From NCBI RefSeq assembly GCF_009914755.1, contig NC_060930.1: a DNA stretch of 64,000 bases. One strand, 5' to 3'. The DNA comes from the human T2T-CHM13v2.0 reference genome, Homo sapiens. The notes under the pieces are model-generated. The model was not told the DNA's origin. It made no database searches and saw only the letters and a list, made by a program, of their open reading frames with translations. Position numbers and translations under genes: made by a program. Of the stretch, positions 57,491 through 64,000 are shown piece after piece; positions within the stretch are counted from its first letter, which is position 1; every line of letters starts with the position of its first letter.

Positions 57491-58264
57491 AGACACACTC
57501 TCTCCAACAAACTGAGTGCTCTTTCGGAAGTGATGTCCACTCATGCTGGCAATGCTGAGGGGCCTAGGTGGGGCAGCCCTTGGTGGCTCCATCTGCTTGT
57601 GGAATTGCCATTTTTCCCTTTTCTTTCTAGGAAGTTCTGTCTTCCTTGATCTTTGGTTCACTCTGTTTCTACTCCCGATGGTCCCATGGAGCTTTTGCCT
57701 CCTTATGAACTGGATGGAAAATCTAATTTTTCTTTGGTCCCTTGGGACTGGATGACCAGCTTTGACCAGAGAAAAGACACAGCTTTCTTAGAGGGAACAG
57801 GAAAGGACCTGAAGAAGGGGTTTTGTTTCTGGGACCCTCGAGTGGCTCTCTCCTCTCCAGTCTCCCCACACAGCCATCTCCTTTCTGTTCCACACTGCCA
57901 GAGCATTGTACAATCAGGGACTCACACAGCTGCAGCATGAGAGGGATCTCAGGGCCACTGAGTCCTGCTCCGTGCCCAGGCTGTGGATCCCTCCTGTGAT
58001 GGGGAGCTCACTGCTTCCCAGCCCAGCCCAGGCTATTGTCACACAGGCCCAGTCACCCACACCAGCCCCTCACCAGCACCCAGAATCCTCCCTCCCCTCC
58101 TACCAAGCTTTCGAACAGGCTTTTCCAACTCCTGCCTCCTTTGGATAAGCAGAAAAATTGGACACCCTTCCTGCAGCTTAGGCTTATGGGAATGACACTT
58201 GTTTTATCTACTTGCCAAAATAAAAATTGTACTAGAGAACATGTTTCTGGAATTTGGATTTGCC

Positions 58265-58640
58265 TTGTCTTAGGTCAGATTCCTAGAAGCAGAGCCTAAG
58301 ATGGGTGAATTCTTGAGGAAGTTCTCAGGAGAACACAGTGAGGGAGCCTCTTCCTCTTTGTATAGGGCAGGAGAAGAAGCTGAGCAAGGGTGTGGTTTCA
58401 GTGGAAGATGCGCCTCAGCCTGACCCCTCGGGGAGCTCAGGATTGTGAGCTGCTCCTCGGACTGTCCCCTCCAGAGGCTGGGCTGTTCTATGCCTGTGTC
58501 AGTCACTGGATAGGGGCTGCCCCTGGGAAGAGGGGTATGTCATTTCCCAGGCATCTGTGTGCAAGATGGTTTCCATCAGCCAAGGCAATTAGCTAAAGAG
58601 GATGCAGATGTGAGCTGTTAGCTGCCAATACTCACAAAAG
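58265..58640 (-). mobile_element. Old ERVL-type LTR fragment (LTR16/LTR40-like)
   Basis: Begins tgtcttaggtcagattcctagaagcagagcct, typical of the reverse end of these LTRs. Subfamily uncertain. Confidence 0.45.
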
Positions 58641-58956
58641 CTGGGCACAGACATGGCATAAGGGTGAGGCCCCAGCAGCCTCTGGTAAATCTCCTAGGGG
58701 AAGAGGGCACGTGTCCACCCCACCAAGTGAGATGCACTGCTCTCAAACCTGCCTCTGAGCCTCCCCATTCTACTCAGCATATTCCAGGATGCTCCAAATT
58801 CTGTGAGGTTCTTCCAACCGCTTCCTCTCTACCTGCAGCGGGGAACGGGGGTGGGGAAGGGTTGGGAGAGAAGAGCTGCAGGCTGGGGTTTTCTCCAGGG
58901 AGGGCCCTGAGCCCCAGATGAATCATTCCCCTCACCCCCAACCTGCCCCACCACAG

Positions 58957-59078
58957 ACTGCCTCTTCAAGGTGTGCCCCATGAACCGCTACTCGGCCCAG
59001 AAGCAGTACTGGAAGGCCAAGCAGACTAAGCAGGACAAGGAGAAGATCGCTGATGTGGTGTTGCTGCAGAAGCTGCAG
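58957..59078 (+). CDS. ITPR3: ITPR3 coding exon 3 ([41 protein letters not shown]), 122 nt
   Basis: Acceptor ccacag|AC and donor CAG|GTATGT. In frame; overlaps ORF 58971..59186. Confidence 0.98.
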
Positions 59079-61005
59079 GTATGTGTGTGTGTGCAGGCGT
59101 GCATCTGTGCACATGTACCAGGAACCTGGGTACACAAGCAGCGGTGCTGCTTGTCGGAGCCAGTAGGGGCTCTGTGGCTGAGCTGAGTGGTTTCTAAAAC
59201 TCGTATGGGCGTGACAGTTCACACCTGTAATTCCAGCACTTTGGGAGGCCAAGGCAGGAGGATTGCTTGAGGCCAGGAGTTTGAGAGCAGCTTGGGCAAC
59301 ATAGCAAGACCCTATCTCTACAAAAAATTAATAAAAAATAAAAATAAAAAAATAAATTCCAATACGCAAGAGATTGGTGTGAATTGCTGTGAAGGAGGGG
59401 ATGTGGGGGGAGTAGGATCCCTTCCCAGTGACCCACCAGTCTGTGTAACTCTGTTGTGTCAATGAGAAGAAAGTGCCCCTTCCTCCAGGCTGGCACAGCC
59501 CTGTGCCAGGGTGCATGGCTCAGAGAGTGGAATGTCGACACCATAGAGCAGTGAACAACCTGTACAGCTGTCCATGGAGTTCCCAGTGGCTCCTGGAGAC
59601 AGTGGCTCTGGGGAACCCAATTTGGGAGCCCTGGGTCTAGTCTTAACCTCTCCCCTTGTTTTATAGAGTTGGAGCCTGGGGCCCTTAGATGGGACTGGTC
59701 TGTCCATGGTCTGACCATCCTGTAAGTCTGCAGTAGAGCCTAGATGGCCCCCAGGTCTCTGACTCACCCTGGCTTCCTCAGACATGTGGATCGTGCCATG
59801 ATGCTGGAATGTGGTGGTCGCTCATGAGCCCCTTGTGGGCAGTGGCTCAGTTCACATCCTGGGCAGATCTCGGGGTCCCAACCCCGTTCCCCAAACCACA
59901 AAGAGAGTGGGAGGCTTTGGCTGTGGTCAAGAACTTTGTAGCCTGGGCCCTGGGCCCTGTTGCCCCACCCCTTGTCATACAAACCTTGCTTCTCTCTGTC
60001 CCCTTCCTCTAAGCCCCACGCCTAGAGGAGGTGGGTCTAGAATGGGGACATTGGGCTGCGCCTTATAGCTGTGGACTGGGCTGGAGAGAGGGAGCTGCAG
60101 GTGGGCTGCCTGAGCTCTAGTATTAATACCTCAGCTCTCTTCCTGGAATGGGGGCTGCAACAGGCTTCCTTCCTGCTGCCAGCAGGTAGAGGCTGAGCTG
60201 GGGATCTGGCCTGGGGGGAGGGCATTCACCTATGCAGAGCCACATAATCAGAACCGCAAGCGGTCACACAGCCACATGCTGTTGCTTTGTGGAAAGTCAC
60301 ATGGTCCATGGCAAGGCTCTCCTGCTGCCACCTTCGCCTCGGTCTCAGTAAAGGACTGAGGAGGAGGAAAGGACAGAGACCACTGCTCTCAGAGAGTGCC
60401 AGTCTGATGGAGGGGACAGGGCTCCTGCCCTCCAGGAACCCCTAATCTGGTAAGGAGGCAGGGCACCTATCCTTAGGCAGCTTCCAGTCTAACAGAGGAC
60501 AGAAGAGCCTAAAAAGCTGTCTCTAATGGGATGCAAACCAAATCCTCAAGGCCACCAGCAGTGGATCCATCAGACTGGGATGTGACCACTCAGGGAGGGC
60601 TGCCTGGAGGCAGTGGGCTGAATGCACACAGTTTTGGGAGGGAAGGTTGCAGAGGAGTGGGGGTGGTGGTGGGAGCCAGGAAATGGCACCAAGCAGCCCC
60701 TGCCAGCGTTTGGACTGGGACAAGGGTCCCGTGTCTGGGGCATTGGGAGTCTGGTGAGGTGGGGGTGGGTGGTGAGACACACACAGCTTTAGGTTCCTGG
60801 GGGGGTAAGGGGATTGCGGGGGATGCTCAAGGTCCTGCTGGCATGCCCTCTCCAGGGGAGGTGGCTGGGGAGGGTTAGGGATTTGGCTCCCTGGGCTGTG
60901 TGTGCTGTGAGACCTCAGGCTGCCTTCTGCACTCAGAGTGCAGCACTCTGGGTGCAGCACCAAGAGCTGGGGCAGGGGTCCAAGGGGTCCTGGAGTCCAG
61001 GGTGA

Positions 61006-61052
61006 CTGTGTGTGTGTGTGTGTGTTTGTGTGCATGTGTGCGTGCATGTGTG
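61006..61052. repeat. (TG)n-rich tract upstream of the exon 4 acceptor
   Basis: Read directly; contains two TGCATG. Confidence 0.9.
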
Positions 61053-61122
61053 GGGCTGGGGTATGTCTTCCTCTAGGAGCAGCTTCTGAGCCCACCCTTC
61101 ACTTCTGTGTGTGTCTGTGCAG

Positions 61123-61209
61123 CATGCGGCGCAGATGGAGCAGAAGCAAAATGACACGGAGAACAAGAAGGTGCATGGGGATGTCGTGAAGTATGGCAGT
61201 GTGATCCAG
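61123..61209 (+). CDS. ITPR3: ITPR3 coding exon 4 (HAAQMEQKQNDTENKKVHGDVVKYGSVIQ), 87 nt
   Basis: Acceptor ctgtgcag|CAT and donor CAG|GTGAGG; phase 0-0. Confidence 0.97.
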
Positions 61210-61429
61210 GTGAGGCTGGCCTGCCTCTCTCCCGCCTGCCCCTCTCCCTGCCTAAGAGGCTGGGCTGGTGCTGGGTGAGGGCTGCCAGCAGGCATTGCCC
61301 TCTGTGCATGTGTGTCCCCGGGTGAATGAGTGGCCCTGGGGCCACCTGTGTGGCTGTGCGTCTGACTGTGTGTGTGTCTGTTGCTGTGTGGCCTGAGTAG
61401 CTGTGCCATGGGTGTGTTTACAGCATGGT

Positions 61430-61630
61430 GGCCATCAGCATGGAGTCTGGAGCCACGTTGTCTGGATTCAAATCTTGGCTCTGCCACTCCTAATGGTGTA
61501 ACTTGGGCAAGTTACCTAACGTCCCCTGGCGCCTTGGTTTCCCCATCTGTGAAATCAGGCAGTAATAGTACTTCCCTCTTGGATCGTTGTAGGTTACTTG
61601 AGCTAATCTATGTAAAGTATTTAGAACAGC
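61430..61630 (+). mobile_element. MIR element in intron 4 (other MIR relics near 9910-10040, 10830-11080, 42640-42800)
   Basis: ggattcaaatcttggctctgccact…acttgggcaagttacctaac…ttggtttccccatctgtgaaat. Confidence 0.75.
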
Positions 61631-61860
61631 CTCTTTCTTGTGATCACCAGGGTGTCCATGGGGGTGTGCCTGTTGTGTGCACGTTTGTGTGTGATTGTGG
61701 TTGTGAATGTGGGTGTCAGCCTGTATGTTTGTGACAGGTGTCTGACACTATGTGTGCAGCCAGAATGTGACCAAGGGTCTAGGGGATCCCCCCATATCCC
61801 CTCCCTAATGGGCCGACTCCTGTGGCGCGGTGACCTTCCCGCACCCCACCTGACCCCCAG

Positions 61861-62019
61861 CTCCTGCACATGAAGAGCAACAAGTACCTGACAGTGAACA
61901 AGCGGCTTCCGGCCTTGCTGGAGAAGAACGCCATGCGGGTGACTCTGGATGCCACAGGCAACGAGGGTTCCTGGCTCTTCATCCAGCCCTTCTGGAAGCT
62001 GCGGAGCAACGGGGACAAC
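61861..62019 (+). CDS. ITPR3: ITPR3 coding exon 5 ([53 protein letters not shown]), 159 nt
   Basis: Acceptor ctgacccccag|CTC and donor AAC|GTGAGG. MIR/beta-trefoil-type sequence; overlaps ORF 61870..62076. Confidence 0.98.
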
Positions 62020-62211
62020 GTGAGGGCAGGGCCAGGGTTGGAGGGGCCTGGTGGAACTCCCGAGGGGCTTCTGTAGGGTCTTCGGTGTGGGGACTGGATA
62101 AGGGCATGCCCATTTCTTAGAAGGGCAGACTGAGACCAAAGGGAGGCCTGGAGGCGTGGTGACAAGAGGGCCCTGCCCTTCCCACCTAACCTGTCCCACC
62201 TGTCTGCTCAG

Positions 62212-62310
62212 GTGGTCGTGGGGGACAAGGTGATCCTGAATCCTGTCAATGCCGGGCAGCCTCTGCATGCCAGCAATTACGAGCTCAGCGACAACGCCGG
62301 CTGCAAGGAG
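62212..62310 (+). CDS. ITPR3: ITPR3 coding exon 6 ([33 protein letters not shown]), 99 nt
   Basis: Acceptor tgtctgctcag|GTG and donor GAG|GTGAGG; phase 0-0. Confidence 0.98.
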
Positions 62311-62656
62311 GTGAGGGGGTGGGGGGTCAGCCATGCAGTGCAGGGACGTCCACACACCCCTGGTGGTGTAGACACCCCGCTCCCTGCCATGGTCTCTGCC
62401 TCCAGCCCCATCTGACCTGCCGGACAAGCTGGGCCTCACGGCTTCTGCATCCATTTCCCAACACTGCCCTCATTCTCCACCCCACAGGCTGGTGGCCCCA
62501 AGGTAGCCGGGCTGGGGTCTGGGGACCCTGGCTAGGAGAAGACACCCTGTCCTTGTGCTGTAATGGTGGCTGGGCTGCTTCTTCCCTTCAGCCCTGCTCT
62601 GGGCCCTCAGTGGCTGGGGTCCACCTGGCGTCACGGGTCTTGTCACCCTTCCGCAG

Positions 62657-62740
62657 GTCAATTCTGTGAACTGCAACACCAGCTGGAAGATCAACCTGTT
62701 TATGCAGTTTCGGGACCACCTGGAGGAGGTGTTGAAAGGG
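62657..62740 (+). CDS. ITPR3: ITPR3 coding exon 7 ([28 protein letters not shown]), 84 nt; gene continues past the window
   Basis: Acceptor cccttccgcag|GTC and donor GGG|GTAAGG. The cumulative CDS is 711 nt (237 aa) with no stop. Confidence 0.98.
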
Positions 62741-63821
62741 GTAAGGACTGGGAACCCCTGCCCTGCCCAGCTGGCCACCTAGCCCTCCCCACCAGGGCCC
62801 TCTTCCTGCCTTCTCCACCCGCCAGGCCTCAGGCCCTTACCCTCTCCCCAGCTTTGCACCCCCCAGCCTCCCTCCACCTCCACAGGGCCCCACCCACATG
62901 GCCCTACCAGGGCTGCCGCTTCTCTCGTCTCTGGCCACAGCTCCCTTCTCCATTCTCCCTGGGTCCTGCCTGGTCTTTGTTTTCTCTCTTGTTTAAGGGG
63001 GTGTCAGTGGACTGGGGGTCTCCATCCCCCCACCACCCAGAGCCTTTGAGCACCTTCCTCTCCCCAACTCCTGCTGCCTGGATCCACACCAGGCCCCCGC
63101 CCCTTGCCCTGTGCCCTCATTGGCAAGCGAGTGAGGCTGCCCTGTCTGCTGAGTTAGGGGTCACCGCCTGTCTCCTTCCTGGTCCCAGACATGCTGGTGT
63201 GGGCTCTGGGAGAGAAGGGAGGCCTGGGAAATACTGCAGTGAAGACTTCGGGAGGATCCAGGACTGAGGGCAGAGGGAGCTGTCTGGGGCCACCAGAGAG
63301 ACCATTCAAGAAACCCTGAACAGCAGATGTGGGCGAGAGAGGAGAGTTCAGATGTCTCTTGGGTGGGGCTGCAAGGGATGGAACCAGCAGACGGGGTGTA
63401 GACGGTCTTGAGGGAGGGCAGATCTGTAGAGTGTGAGGCTGTCCAGCTAGGGGAGCAGGCAGGAACATCAGCTGTGAAACCTGTTAGAGGGACAGGTGAC
63501 AGGCCCGAGAGCAGCCACCTAAGGAGTCTTAGGTGCTCCTCCCTGCTCGGAAGCTGCAATGGCTCCCTTTGCCCTCCTCCCCACGCTGAGCTGCTCTGTT
63601 AGACTCTCCTGCCCTGCTCAGGCTGCCTCAGTCCCCCACCCTCCTCATCCTTCTTACCTCCTGGGCTGCTTCCCGTCTACCCATGCCCTGCCCCAATGCC
63701 TTCTCCCTCCCTCCCTCCCTTAAATCTGCACATCATCCACACATTAATCAAGGTGCAGCCATGCACTACCCCTCCTGGAAGCCTTCCCTAATGTTCCAGC
63801 CCCGAATCTGTGCAGCACTTA

Positions 63822-64000
<179 letters not shown>

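Noticed and set aside
61621-62454. 277-aa minus-strand ORF
   Set aside because: It is the antisense shadow of GC-rich ITPR3 exons 5-6, with no supporting gene structure.
62563-63267. 234-aa plus-strand ORF overlapping exon 7
   Set aside because: It is in a different frame from ITPR3 and consists of Pro-rich intronic read-through with no recognisable domain.

Overview
Primate (human-like) genomic DNA, Alu-dense and GC-rich. It holds about 24 kb of upstream sequence and the 5' end of ITPR3 (inositol 1,4,5-trisphosphate receptor type 3) on the + strand. Seven coding exons (24788-24876, 43676-43746, 58957-59078, 61123-61209, 61861-62019, 62212-62310, 62657-62740) splice through canonical GT-AG sites into one open 711-nt frame (237 aa, [40 protein letters not shown]...[11 protein letters not shown]). 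This is the N-terminal suppressor domain, and the gene continues beyond the window. Almost all ORFs in the supplied track are Alu or GC-rich noise. The most interesting non-coding structure is in intron 1 (~34.3-37.3 kb). A second CpG island there looks bidirectional: it has a sense candidate first exon (ATG 37126, donor 37150) and an antisense two-exon unit (donor 36556, acceptor 35989) that could end at the poly(A) signal of a solo HERV-K-type LTR13 with an intact 6-bp TSD. An NF-kB plus AP-1 motif pair sits between the LTR and the island. Upstream lies a full-length MST (MaLR) retroelement with a 5-bp TSD and four nested Alus. I found no evidence for a new protein-coding system; the novel-looking items are regulatory and splicing hypotheses.
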